Under the pieces are notes generated by a model, which worked only from the letters and a program-made list of their open reading frames with translations, was not told the DNA's origin and searched no databases. The position numbers were made by a program, and so were the translations under genes. This document shows, one piece after another, positions 29,205 to 40,100 of a DNA stretch of 64,000 nt; within the stretch, counting starts at the first letter, position 1; each line of letters begins with the position of its first letter. This DNA is from an uncultured Gemmatimonadales bacterium (GTDB lineage Bacteria > Gemmatimonadota > Gemmatimonadetes > Gemmatimonadales > Gemmatimonadaceae): the NCBI GenBank assembly GCA_963707505.1, contig CAVPQB010000001.1, positions 147,222 to 211,221 of the forward strand. Reading direction: 5' to 3'.

Positions 29205-31164
29205 CTACTTCTTTGGCTGCTTCACCACCGTGATCGTCAACGACGACGGATACTGCTTGGAGTGATGGACGCTGTTGTGCGCCACCAGACTCTGCGTCTC
29301 ACTGTAATTGTCCCCGCCCGTATTCAGATTGCGATCGAAGCGCGGGAAGTTGCTGCTCGACACTTCGATCCGAATGCGATGACCAGCCTCGAAATAATTG
29401 CTCGTCGTCATCGGCTGCAGCGCAACCTTGTACACCTTGCCCGACTGCATCCACTCCACCGGCTTGTCGTAACCGTTGCGATAACGCAATCGCTGGATCG
29501 TCTCATCGAGGTTGTACGCACGCCCGTCAGGATACACATCGATGATCTTGACCGTGATGTCGGTGTCCTTTCTATCCGACGACACGTACGTCGTGAACTG
29601 GATCGGTCCGCTCACTTCCATCCCTTCCTTGAGCGGCTCGGTCGTGTACACCAGTATCCCGTCGTTCTCCTCGGCCTTCCTCTGATCCAGCGCACCACCC
29701 GTCAATGCATTCGCCTGACAGCATACGTTGCCGCCGTTCGACATCACCGGATGCATCGGATCGTACGTGAAGTTGTCCGGCGTGTCCTTCGACGGCGCAG
29801 CCATCGTCAGCATGCCGTCGCCATTCAGACGTGTTCGCCTTTCCATTGCTCGATAGATAGAACGTCATCGGCGACGCTCCCTTCGGCGGCCACGAGTCCG
29901 ACGTCTGCCACTTGTTGATCCCCATCACGTAGTACCGCACCTTGGGCAGCGTGTCGAGCAGGCCCGTCTTCTCGCCCTTGAGAAACGTGTCGAACCAGCC
30001 GTACGTCAATGCGTTGTAGTCGAGGCGCGCATCGCCAACGCTCCGCTCGCCCACGATGGTGTTCTCCGTCGCACGCGTGTACGAGCAGTGCAGCGTCGGC
30101 GCGATCACTGCGTACTGCTGGTTCGCGATCGCCGGATCGGCTGTCTTCCGCACGTAGTTGTACGTCGCGAGGTTCGGCCCGATCGACACGTCATACCACG
30201 ACATGAACCACAATCCTGGCACGTTGATCTTCATGCTGTCGTTGAACAGTCCGCCACGATACCACGCAGGATCGTTCGGCGTGCGCTTGATCATCGCACC
30301 GCCGGTCGCGACCGGCATCGAGTCGGCGAAGATCCCATGCGGTCCGCCATGATCCTCGATCAGATCCTGCTCCGGGAGATGCCAGAAGTTTGCCTTCCAG
30401 TCCACTGGCGGCAACTCATCTGCGAGATCGAATCCGCGCGCGGCGCGAATGAGATCCGCCTGTGATGTATTCGGCGCGAACATCGGCCGCACCTGATTCT
30501 GCTCACCCTCGAGCCAGTCGATGAACAGCATCTGCACTGCACCACCACGATACCAGTTGCCCTGCTCGTAGTAAGGCTTGACGCGTCCCACGCCAGCGCC
30601 GAATCCCTGCGGATTGATCGCCGCAAGCCCCTTCGGTGCCTGGGCGGCAACACCCATCTGCCATTCTGCAGTCGACGAACAGCCCACCAGGCCGACCTTC
30701 CCATTCGACCACGGCTGCGACGATATCCACTGGATCTCGTCCACGCCATCAGTCAGCGGCGGCCCAAGAATGTCGTAGTTGCCTTCGGAGAAGAAGTGAC
30801 CGCGCTCGTTCGCCATCACATAGGCATAGCCGCGCTTCACCGCTTCGAGCTGCGCGCTCATGTCGGCCGGCGCGCCAAGCTTGACGTCCCAGTAATTCAT
30901 GTTGTACGGAGTGCGACTGAAGATCGCCGGCGCCCTGGCCACATTCCTCGGCCGGTAGACGTCGAACTGCATCTTCTTGCCGTCGCGCATCGGTATCATC
31001 AGCTTGCGATCGATGACTGCGATCGCCTCGAGCGCCTTCTCGAGCGAGTCACGATGCGCGACCAGTACGGTGTCACGCGGCGCACGGCGTTGCGCAGGGA
31101 GCGCGGGCACCACGGCGAGCAGGCTCACCGCGGTACAGAGGAAATGACGGACAATCTTGATCAT
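29205..31164 (-). CDS. CocE/NonD family hydrolase, split by a +1 frameshift near 29829
   Basis: IPMRDG, RTPY, WSNGKVG in 29572..31200; YDPMHPV and [15 protein letters not shown] in 29205..29846; frames join as KANT/LNGDG. Confidence 0.88.
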
Positions 31165-31282
31165 GGCACGTTCCGTAACTTGAGTGCGGATTGAATGCAT
31201 CTACAGCGGCACCCAGAGCATCAGAGCCGCCGTAGACAATACTATGACATCATTCCACTACGCGCCGGAAGGACCGCCCGTT

Positions 31283-31344
31283 CACGTCGTCATTCCCCAC
31301 GTCGTCATTCCCCACGTCGTCATTCCCGCGAACGCGGGAATCCA
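31283..31344 (+). repeat. 15-bp tandem x3 (CACGTCGTCATTCCC) ending in a CGTC-type REP
   Basis: CGTCATTCCCGCGAACGCGGGAATCCA palindrome at 31318-31344. Confidence 0.85.
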
Positions 31345-31383
31345 TTGTTCACCAGCCGCGGCGAACACCATCCTCGAACCACG

Positions 31384-31797
31384 TCAGCCCTGACTCTGTT
31401 TCGTGTGATTGAGCATCCAGTGGAACCCGAACCGGTCCGTAAGCATTGCAAAGTATGCTCCCCAGAAAGTATCACTCGGAGCCATTGAATCCTTTCCTCC
31501 GGCGTTCAGAATCGCGTACAGCTTGTCGACTTGCTCATCGCTGTCGCATTCCAGGGTCGTCCATACGTTGTTGCCCTGCTTGTAGTCCATGTCCGGCATG
31601 TTGTCTGATGCCATCAATACCATCGAGCCGTTCGCCAGTCGCGCGTGCATCACTCGATCCTTCGCCTCGGGTGCCGACTTCTGCCCTGATTCACCGAATG
31701 TCGTGACGTGCAGCTCGCCGCCAAGACAGCCCTGATAGAACGTCATCGCCTCTCGGCAATTTCCGTTGAATATCAGATAGGGGGTCGCTTCCTTCAT
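31384..31797 (-). CDS. VOC/PhnB-like glyoxalase family protein
   Basis: PYLIFNGNCREAMTFY, VMHARL, TFWGAYF, DRFGFHW. Confidence 0.9.
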   Translation of the reverse strand: MKEATPYLIFNGNCREAMTFYQGCLGGELHVTTFGESGQKSAPEAKDRVMHARLANGSMVLMASDNMPDMDYKQGNNVWTTLECDSDEQVDKLYAILNAGGKDSMAPSDTFWGAYFAMLTDRFGFHWMLNHTKQSQG

Positions 31798-31925
31798 GGG
31801 TTGCTCCTCAGTGGAATGAGTGCGCGCACGCGGCTGTCGCGCAGGTAGAGCCCTCCCCAGAGCAGAACCGCGATATATACGGGGAAGAGCGTGTAGCCAA
31901 ACAGCGGATGCTCGATCCGCTCCAT
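31794..31925 (-). pseudogene. 3' remnant of a DoxX-like membrane protein gene (43 aa)
   Basis: MERIEHPLFGYTLFPVYIAVLLWGGLYLRDSRVRALIPLRSNP resembles DoxX-like C-termini (recognised from memory); stop overlaps the VOC ATG; in-frame stop a short distance upstream. Confidence 0.55.
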
Positions 31926-32073
31926 CACACTGTCTGTCACGGCGCAGCTCGGCTTGAAGATTGTCGGGTAGTCGTCGTTTCTAGATAAGCACCATCTTCA
32001 TCGCTCGCTGCATCCCTGCTTCGCTGCTTCTCAGTGCATCGAGAAACCAGCACGACGCCTCCCTGAACGGGTG

Positions 32074-32700
32074 CTACTCCGCGCCCGCCGTATCGAAGAA
32101 GTCCACCGCCCCCGTCTCGAGCGAGTACTCCGCACCCACGACCGCGAGCTTGCCATCCTGAATCAGCTGCTCTATGAGCGCCGACGCGTGTCGCAGATGA
32201 TTTACCGATACAGCGACGTTTGCCCGCACAGCGTGGCGCACCAGCGAATCCAGATCGTTCCGCAAGTCGGTCTTCAGCAACGGCGCTACAGACGGCCGTA
32301 CACGATCCACGATTGACTTGAGACCGGGCGAGAGCTTCTCGCCTGGCAGCTGAAGCGCTTCCAGCGTCGCCAGAATTCCGCCACACTGCGTGTGTCCCAA
32401 CACCACCACCAATGCCGTGTCGTACCGCGCGGCAGCAAACTCCACGCTCCCCACCTGCGATGGCGCCACGATGTTTCCGGCGACGCGAATCACGAAGAGA
32501 TCGCCGAGTCCCTGATTGAAGACGATCTCGGCAGGCACTCGCGAGTCGGAGCAGCCGAGTATGATCGCGAATGGATTCTGATCCTTCGGCAATTCAGATC
32601 GACGCGAATCGCTGAGCGCCGCGTCGCCGCCCTGCATGCGCGCGACAAATTCTCGATTCCCATTCATCAGACGGTCCAGTGCTTCACGTGCTGACATCAT
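32074..32700 (-). CDS. Beta-class carbonic anhydrase
   Basis: GCSDSRV, GDLFVIRVAGN, LGHTQCG. Confidence 0.93.
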   Translation of the reverse strand: MMSAREALDRLMNGNREFVARMQGGDAALSDSRRSELPKDQNPFAIILGCSDSRVPAEIVFNQGLGDLFVIRVAGNIVAPSQVGSVEFAAARYDTALVVVLGHTQCGGILATLEALQLPGEKLSPGLKSIVDRVRPSVAPLLKTDLRNDLDSLVRHAVRANVAVSVNHLRHASALIEQLIQDGKLAVVGAEYSLETGAVDFFDTAGAE

Positions 32701-32707
32701 ATACGGT

Positions 32708-33433
32708 TCATATCCTCATGCTCGTAGTTCCCGAATCAGGCGCGCTCACGGATCCAGCGGCCGGCAGGAGATCGCAGAACATGAAACGATTATCCCGCAG
32801 CACACTTTCACCACGCGTCACACCAATCACTTCAGTGAAGATAGGGCCTTCCGATACAAAAGTGTGAAACTCACCCCGCTCGCCACACGGATCCACGTTC
32901 GGCGGCAGATCCGCGACCAGAGCTGCGTCGAACTCACGCCCCGCGAACCCGGCTGATAATTGCGTGGTGTCCACGCAAACGAGATGCGCGCGAAATCCTG
33001 CAGCAATGAACTCCTGTGCCAATGCCCGAGTATCGCGTCCCCATAACGGAAACAGCGCGCCGAAGCCGGCAGCACCAACCAGCCGCTCGCGATACTCGCG
33101 AACATCGGCAAGAAAGAGGTCGCCGAACGCGATCCGCTGCACTTCCGGATATTCCCCGCGCACACCTCCGAGCGACTCCTTGAACGCTGTCTCGTATGCG
33201 TCATTCGACGATTGCTGCTCGAGCGTGACTTCAATCAGCGGCAACCCGGCAGCGGCCGCCTGCGCTTCGACCAGTGTGCGCCGGACGCCGTGGATGCTGA
33301 CCCGATCGTAACCGCGCGTTATGCTCGTCTGAAGAGCCACCACCTCATAACGCGTGTCGGCGCGCAACGCAGCGAGCGCGAGACTGCTGTCCTTGCCGCC
33401 GCTCCAGCTCAGTACAAGTGGCTCAGGAATCAT
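32708..33433 (-). CDS. PP-loop ATPase, diphthamide synthase-like (MJ0570-related)
   Basis: SWSGGKDS, FGDLFL, FPLW, DPCGERGEFHTFV; real start MIPEP overlaps the upstream stop. Confidence 0.88.
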   Translation of the reverse strand: MIPEPLVLSWSGGKDSSLALAALRADTRYEVVALQTSITRGYDRVSIHGVRRTLVEAQAAAAGLPLIEVTLEQQSSNDAYETAFKESLGGVRGEYPEVQRIAFGDLFLADVREYRERLVGAAGFGALFPLWGRDTRALAQEFIAAGFRAHLVCVDTTQLSAGFAGREFDAALVADLPPNVDPCGERGEFHTFVSEGPIFTEVIGVTRGESVLRDNRFMFCDLLPAAGSVSAPDSGTTSMRI

Positions 33434-34623
33434 TTGGTCGGAGTCGCGGGTGGTGGCACTGTTGATTCGTGCACCTGCACAGCACGCCACCCTTCCGGAC
33501 GTTTCTGCATCGTCATCGTGACGGCAAGCTCGCCGGTCGTGGTCTGGCCGGTCGCCAGAGTTCTGCGCGCGCTCATCCTCTCGGTCACTACCGCGGCATC
33601 GGAGCTCAGCACCGTGAACTCCGGCGCGCCAACGTAGCTGTACACAACATCCGATTTTCCATTGTTCCACCACTTGAGCTGCTGTGCGCGCACCGCATCC
33701 CAACCGTTCATCACAGTGCCGTTGATCACGAACACGAACGACGGATCGCGCATGTAGGCCGTCATGAAGCGATCGGTGTCGTGCGCGTTGGCCGCAGTCA
33801 GCATCTCGGCGAGCAAGGGCTCGATCTCGCGCTGTACCTTCAACGCGAGCGACGTCGAATCGACGTGTACCGCACCGAGTTTCGGCGCGCGAATCACATG
33901 CCCGTCCGGATATCCCTGTACGTATCCGAGTACGCGTCCGCTCGCATCCCGCTCGAACGAGATTAACGCTCCATCGCCATCTGGACTGAACACGTTGGCG
34001 GCAACCGGCACGAGACGCGCACCCGCGCTCTGCCCCGATGCAGTTGCGACGAGATTCCTCCCCTCCCAGTGCACATTGTCGACATAGCCAGGCCCGATCT
34101 GATAGCGACCCACGAACGCGCTCATCGACGCGGAGTCGAGTGTTACCGACTTGACCGGAGAAACCAACCATACCTGCGTGTGCCGCTCCAGCAGCCACCG
34201 TCCCTTGTGCAACGCGAATACGTCCAGCGCCTTCCACGACGTTACAAAATCTCCATCCCCCATCGGCCGGTGATCGGTGCGACGGTATGCAACCGTCGCC
34301 ACGTCGCCAAAGCGCTTCGCGCGCACGCTATCGACGATGAATCGAGGCGCGGGAGCATGGGGCGCGGGAACACGAAGTTGCGCCGCAGCGGAGAGCAGTT
34401 GCTTCTTCGTCATCTCGCTGCCATCTGGACCAACGATCCACACGAGATCATCTGCCAACAGTGCGCCGAGTGCGGCGGTGTCACCGTGTACCGTCGCACT
34501 GTATTCTGCATCCAGCAGCGGACGAAACGTGGCGGTGAGCGCGTCCTGTGCACTCGCGACGCTCGGCACCGCGCTTAGTGCCACGACCACACTCCAGGCC
34601 AGACCTCTCATTACACGATGCAT
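33430..34623 (-). CDS. Secreted protein with two NTF2/SnoaL-like (DUF4440) domains
   Basis: Signal peptide; GDTAALGALLADD...GRW and HDTDRF...GWRAVQVHES. Confidence 0.75.
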   Translation of the reverse strand: MHRVMRGLAWSVVVALSAVPSVASAQDALTATFRPLLDAEYSATVHGDTAALGALLADDLVWIVGPDGSEMTKKQLLSAAAQLRVPAPHAPAPRFIVDSVRAKRFGDVATVAYRRTDHRPMGDGDFVTSWKALDVFALHKGRWLLERHTQVWLVSPVKSVTLDSASMSAFVGRYQIGPGYVDNVHWEGRNLVATASGQSAGARLVPVAANVFSPDGDGALISFERDASGRVLGYVQGYPDGHVIRAPKLGAVHVDSTSLALKVQREIEPLLAEMLTAANAHDTDRFMTAYMRDPSFVFVINGTVMNGWDAVRAQQLKWWNNGKSDVVYSYVGAPEFTVLSSDAAVVTERMSARRTLATGQTTTGELAVTMTMQKRPEGWRAVQVHESTVPPPATPTK

Positions 34624-34722
34624 ACGCCGATCCGGTTTAGATAACGTGCTACGTGACCAGCTGCTTAAGTTACAACGGAGATCGCGCTGCGCTGTCGCTC
34701 TCGATTACAGATCCATTTACTC

Positions 34723-35256
34723 ATGCACATCCTCGCCATATCTGGCAGCCTACGCACGGGCGCATCCAACACCGCGATTCTGGAAGCCGCCGCCCTCCTC
34801 GCGCCTCCTGGAGTGACGGTCACGCTCTACGACGGGCTCGGCGCACTACCGCATTTCAATCCCGATCTGGACTCGCCGGACGGAGACCAGCTTCCGAAAG
34901 TCGTCGTGGATCTCAGGACGCAGATTGGCCGCGCTGACGGCGTGCTCATCTCCTGTCCCGAATACGCGCACGGGATTCCCGGGTCATTCAAGAATCTGCT
35001 CGACTGGCTCGTCGGCAGCACGGAATTCCCGGGCAAGCCAGTTGCGCTGCTCAACACATCCTCGATGTCGGTCCACGCTCCGGCTCAGCTCGCTGAAGTT
35101 CTTACAACGATGAACGCGCGACTGATTCGCGAAGCCAGCATCACGGTGCGACCTGGTAACCGTGGCGGCAGCGCAGACGACATCGCAAGGGACCCTGAAG
35201 TGTCAGCCACGCTGCGCAACGCGCTCGGAGCGTTCATCGACGCAGTTCGCAAGTGA
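34723..35256 (+). CDS. NADPH-dependent FMN reductase
   Basis: ISGSLR, LPHFNPD, PEYAHGIPGSFKNLLDW. Confidence 0.92.
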   Translation: MHILAISGSLRTGASNTAILEAAALLAPPGVTVTLYDGLGALPHFNPDLDSPDGDQLPKVVVDLRTQIGRADGVLISCPEYAHGIPGSFKNLLDWLVGSTEFPGKPVALLNTSSMSVHAPAQLAEVLTTMNARLIREASITVRPGNRGGSADDIARDPEVSATLRNALGAFIDAVRK

Positions 35257-35264
35257 AGATCGAT

Positions 35265-35822
35265 CTACTTTGGTCGCTTGTCTGGAGTTGCGTGCTTCAC
35301 CACCAATTTCCGGACGCTCGACATGTTGCGCATCGTCGACGTCGGTAATTTGAGCGCTCTTACCTCGGGAGCCGCCCATACCTTGGAATCCGACGTTCTG
35401 ATCCTGCACAGCCAGTAGTACTCTCTCGCCTTCACCAGAAATTCATCATCCGGCGTCCGCACTCCCGCAAGAACCTTCGCCGCCGCGCTGCTGAGTGGCT
35501 GCTGCAGGAAACCGACGTGAATGGTAATCCCTTCGGCTCCATCCTCCGGGAACGGCTTGGAGCTCGCGATCGCCGCCACTTCGTCCAGCGTTCGCACGAA
35601 CGTGTCAACATTGTAGCCGAGTGACTGCTCGAGATGGGCGGCGATGCGCAACTCCAGCTTATTCGTGGCTCGTTCGGGCGTTGAGAAGATCACGTTGCCG
35701 CTCGCAATGAACGTCGCCACGTCAGTGTAGCCCAGTTCCTCGAACAGAGACTTGAGGCGGCTCATCTCGAGTCGGCGCTTGCCCAGGTTCATCCCGCGGA
35801 GAAATGCGACGTATCTGGTCAT
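35265..35822 (-). CDS. DUF1697 domain protein
   Basis: YVAFLRGMNLG, VATFIASGNVIF, TMRN. Confidence 0.88.
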   Translation of the reverse strand: MTRYVAFLRGMNLGKRRLEMSRLKSLFEELGYTDVATFIASGNVIFSTPERATNKLELRIAAHLEQSLGYNVDTFVRTLDEVAAIASSKPFPEDGAEGITIHVGFLQQPLSSAAAKVLAGVRTPDDEFLVKAREYYWLCRIRTSDSKVWAAPEVRALKLPTSTMRNMSSVRKLVVKHATPDKRPK

Positions 35823-35971
35823 GTGGTGTCTGTAGGCACGTTGAGCGGCTGCTCAGGTATCTGGCCCTGACCACCTCGAACTGCCAGACTTCATCTGTTT
35901 AGCAGAGCAGCGCTGACAATCTGGCGGCATGGTCCGATTCGCACCAATTTAGGCCCTGGAGAGCGCACAAA

Positions 35972-36610
35972 ATGACTGACCTCGCAACTGCACAACCGCC
36001 GATACCGATCGCTCACACCGGTCCATCGGCCGCACCATCCAGCGGCCCTCCCGCTCGCGCCGATTTCCAGATCGTCCCGCTCAAGGGACTACCGGTGGTC
36101 GCGCTGATATTCGTCGGCCTCATCGTCGCGATCGCTGCCAACAAGCTCTGGCCCCTCGTCTTTCTCCACGTAGCATTCGGCGCGGCCTGGACCATCGTCG
36201 ATCTCTTCATGGGATTCGTGATCGGGCCCACGATGGGAAAACTTCCCCCTCCGGCACGAATCGAGGTTGCGACCAGACTGATGCCGAAGATGGTGCTGAT
36301 CATGCCGACCGTCGTGACAGTCACCCTCGCGGCGGGCTGGCAGCTCGGCGTACTCATGGGCACGGTCAACAGCTCGTACTACAACCACAGCTGGATCGTC
36401 GCCAGCTACATCGTTGTCGGATTCATGGCGGTCATCGCGCTCGGCCTCCTCTCACCCGCAAACATCGCCGTGCTTTCCGAGCTCAAGAAGCCAAAGCCGA
36501 ATCCGGCGATTATTCAGAAGCTGATGAAGCGCTTCATCTTCGCAGCCGGCTTCACGGGAACGCTGCAGCTGGCGATTCTCGTGATCATGACCAGGATCAG
36601 AGTCGGATGA
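35972..36610 (+). CDS. Integral membrane hypothetical protein
   Basis: About 5 TM helices, FLHV motif, RBS GGAG. Confidence 0.75.
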   Translation: MTDLATAQPPIPIAHTGPSAAPSSGPPARADFQIVPLKGLPVVALIFVGLIVAIAANKLWPLVFLHVAFGAAWTIVDLFMGFVIGPTMGKLPPPARIEVATRLMPKMVLIMPTVVTVTLAAGWQLGVLMGTVNSSYYNHSWIVASYIVVGFMAVIALGLLSPANIAVLSELKKPKPNPAIIQKLMKRFIFAAGFTGTLQLAILVIMTRIRVG

Positions 36611-36990
36611 GCGAGCGCACTCTGCCACCGGTCACTCAGCTCGCGATGACTTCGCTCGCACTGATTATCATCGGAGGCATCTACCTGGCCTCACATCTGC
36701 CACAACAGGTTCCACTCACACCGGCGTGGATCCTCCTCGGCGCATCCACGTTGCTGCTCGCAGCGAATCTCATCACGCTCAGCCGTGTGAAAGACTTTGC
36801 GTGGACAAAGTTCTTCTCGGTCGGCAAATGGGCTTTGCTGGCGTACATGTTTACCGCCGGACTGATCGAGTACGCGTTCCTCCGCGACGGACTGAGCGGT
36901 GGCCCGCTAGTAGTACTCACGCTCTCGATCATAGTTTATGCGATTCACGTTCCGGTACTGATAGCGTTCACAGTTGCGCAGTACGATTGA
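36607..36990 (+). CDS. Small 4-TM hypothetical protein
   Basis: ATGA overlap with the previous gene; four hydrophobic helices. Confidence 0.75.
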   Translation: MSERTLPPVTQLAMTSLALIIIGGIYLASHLPQQVPLTPAWILLGASTLLLAANLITLSRVKDFAWTKFFSVGKWALLAYMFTAGLIEYAFLRDGLSGGPLVVLTLSIIVYAIHVPVLIAFTVAQYD

Positions 36991-37030
36991 TACAGCGTGA
37001 TACCCCGTAGCGTCATCCGCGCCTTCCCAT

Positions 37031-37079
37031 CGTCATTCCCGCGAACGCGGGAACCCATGTTATCGATCTCTGGAATGAC
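37031..37079 (+). repeat. CGTC-type REP
   Basis: CGTCATTCCCGCGAACGCGGGAACCCA ... GGAATGAC. Confidence 0.8.
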
Positions 37080-37193
37080 AGCGTCTGCCACCAGCAAGGA
37101 TGTCAGACGACGGTGGGGCAGGGATGCATCCCTGCCTGTCACTAAAATGCAATCGAGATCGCGTAAGCTTGCCGACTTCCAATCAGACATCCT

Positions 37194-40100
37194 GTGCGCT
37201 TTTCCTGTATAGCTCCGCTCGTCGCCGTCGCTGCAATCACTGCCGTTCCATTCGCCGCGCAGTCCCAGGCCATCGATCCGGCGATGTACTCCAGCCTTCG
37301 CTACCGACTCATTGGCCCGTTCCGCGGCGGCCGAACCGTCGGCGCCGCCGGAATCCCGGATCAACCCAACACGTTCTACGTTGGCGTCAATAACGGCGGC
37401 GTCTGGAAAACCACCGACGCTGGCCGTACCTGGAATCCGATATTCGACTCCGAATCAACCGGATCCATCGGTACCCTGACTCTCGCCCCATCCGATCCGA
37501 ACATCATCTATGTCGGTTCCGGCGAAGGCCTGCGCCGCCCCGATCTCTCCACCGGCAACGGCATCTACAAATCCATCGATGCCGGCAGGACCTGGCGTCA
37601 CCTCGGCCTCCGCGACGGTCAACAAATCGCATCAATAATTGTTGATCCATCCAATCCCAATCGCGTATTCGCCGCCGTGCTCGGCCACCCTTACGGCCCC
37701 AACCCCGAGCGCGGAATCTTTCGCTCGACCGACGGCGGAGAAAACTGGACCAGGGTTCTCTACAAGGATGAAAACACCGGCGGTGTCGATCTCGCATTCG
37801 ATCCCACCAATCCGCAGATCATCTACGCCAGCATGTGGGCATCACGACGTCCGCCATGGACGGTCGGCAGCCCCTACGACGGCGACGGAAGCGGTCTGTT
37901 CAAATCCACCGACGGCGGCAACACATGGCACCAGCTCTCACGCGGACTTCCAACGCGTGCACAGGGCCTGGGACGCATCGGTTTCACAGTTGCGCCAAGC
38001 GATCACAATCGCATGTACGCGCTCGTCGACGCGAAGCCGGATGTCGGTGGCCTGTATCGCTCCGATGACGCTGGCGAGAGCTGGACTCGCGTCAATCACG
38101 AAGAGCGTATCTGGGGTCGCGGTAATGACTTCGCGTGGGTCCGCACCGATCCGCGCAACCCGGATGAGATCTACGTCTGCAACACATCCACATATCGCTC
38201 GATGGACGGCGGTGCGACATTCACGGCCATCAAGGGCGCGCCCGGCGGTGATGACTATCACGCGATCTGGATCAACCCGCTGCATCCCGAGATCCTGCTT
38301 CTCGCCGTCGATCAGGGTGCGACGATAAGCGTCAATGGCGGAAAGACCTGGAGCTCATGGTACAACCAACCCACCGCTGCGTTCTATCACGTCGCAACCG
38401 ACAATCGTTTTCCATATCAGGTTTACGGCGGTCAACAGGAAAGTGGCTCCGCCGCAGTCGCGAGCCGCGGCAACGACGGCGCAATCACCTTCCGTGAATT
38501 TCATCCGGTTGGCACCGAAGAGTACGGCTACGTAGCACCCGATCCACTCGACTCCAACATCGTGTTCGGTGGCAAGGCAACGCGCTACGACCGCGTCACA
38601 GGCCAGAACCAGAACGTCGCCCCCGAAGCGATCAGGGACGGCAAGTATCGCTTCAACCGTACTGCTCCGCTCATCTTCTCGTACGCCGACCCGCACACAC
38701 TGTTTCTCGCCAGCAACGTTCTCTTCAGAACGCGGAACGGCGGTCAGAGCTGGGACGTCATAAGCCCCGATCTCACGCGTGAGGATCCCGGCATTCCCGC
38801 AACACTCGGCGAATTCGTCAAAGCCGACCCTGCGCATGGTCATCATCGCGGCGTCATCTACAGCATCGCTCCGTCATACCGCGACGCGAACGTCATCTGG
38901 GTCGGCACGGATGACGGCTTGATCCATGTGACGCGCGACGGCGGAAAGACGTGGAGCAACGTGACACCGTCCAGCATCACGCCATGGAGCAAGATCGCGC
39001 AGCTCGATGCGTCGCATTTCGATGATCAGACAGTGTACGCAGCGGTGAACCGCTTCCGGCTCGACGATCTTCATCCTCACATCTACCGCACTCACGATGG
39101 AGGAAAGACATGGAAGGAGATCGACACCGGACTTCCCGACGATGCTCCAGTCAACACGGTGCGCGAGGATCCCGTTCGCAAGGGACTGCTCTACGCCGGA
39201 ACCGAGACCTCCGTCTATGTCTCGTTCGACGACGGCGACCACTGGCAGTCGCTACGCCAGAATCTTCCCGCGACGTCCATTCGCGATCTCGTCGTCAAGG
39301 ACAGCGATCTCGTCGTCGCAACCCACGGGCGCTCGTTGTGGATTCTCGACGACGTAACTCCGCTACGCCAACTCTCAGTGCAGACTGCACACGAGACTGC
39401 TCATCTATTCGCCCCCGAAGCAACGTTCCGCGTCCATCGCGACACCTACACCGACACACCACTGCCACCCGAAGAGCCGGTCGGCCAGAATCCACCCGAC
39501 GGAGCAATCATCGATTACTACCTCGGCAGCGCGCCGAAAAGTCCGGTTACACTGGAGATTCTCGACGCCAGTGGCAAACTGGTGCATCGATACGCCAGTA
39601 ACGATCGCCCAGAAATCACCGAGAAGGAGATCGATGCGCTGAACGTACCCGCATACTGGATCCGCCGTCCGCGCATTCTCTCCGCTGCTCCCGGAGTGCA
39701 TCGCTGGATCTGGAACCTGCATTATTCCGATCCGAGCGTGCTCATGCACCAGTATCCCATTTCGGCGATCTACATGGATACGCCGCGACTGCCACTCGGT
39801 CCTGCCGCGCTTCCCGGTAGCTACACCGTTCGTCTCACCGTCGATGGAAAGAGCTACACGCAGCCACTCGTCGTGAAGATGGATCCGCGCGTGCATACGT
39901 CGGTCGCCGATCTGGAACAGCAATTCGCACTTGCTACACACATCGCATCGATGATCGAGCGCGACTTCGACGCGGTTGTGGAAGGACGCGCATTGTTGAA
40001 CCAGCTGCAGGAAACGAAAACGCACAATCCCAACGCATCGGCGACCGTGCGCGCAGCAATCGACACACTTCATGCACATGTCGAAGCGCTCCGGATCACG

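Noticed and set aside
29815..29845. Programmed ribosomal frameshift in the CocE gene
   Set aside because: No slippery sequence or stimulatory structure is evident; it fits the window-wide indel error pattern.
31283..31344. Possible mini-CRISPR array
   Set aside because: Units are 15 bp, have no spacers, and there are no cas genes; it is a REP-derived tandem repeat.
32708..34237. 509-aa ORF with a long N-terminal extension on the PP-loop ATPase
   Set aside because: The extension is an alternative frame of the NTF2 gene; the real start is at 33433.
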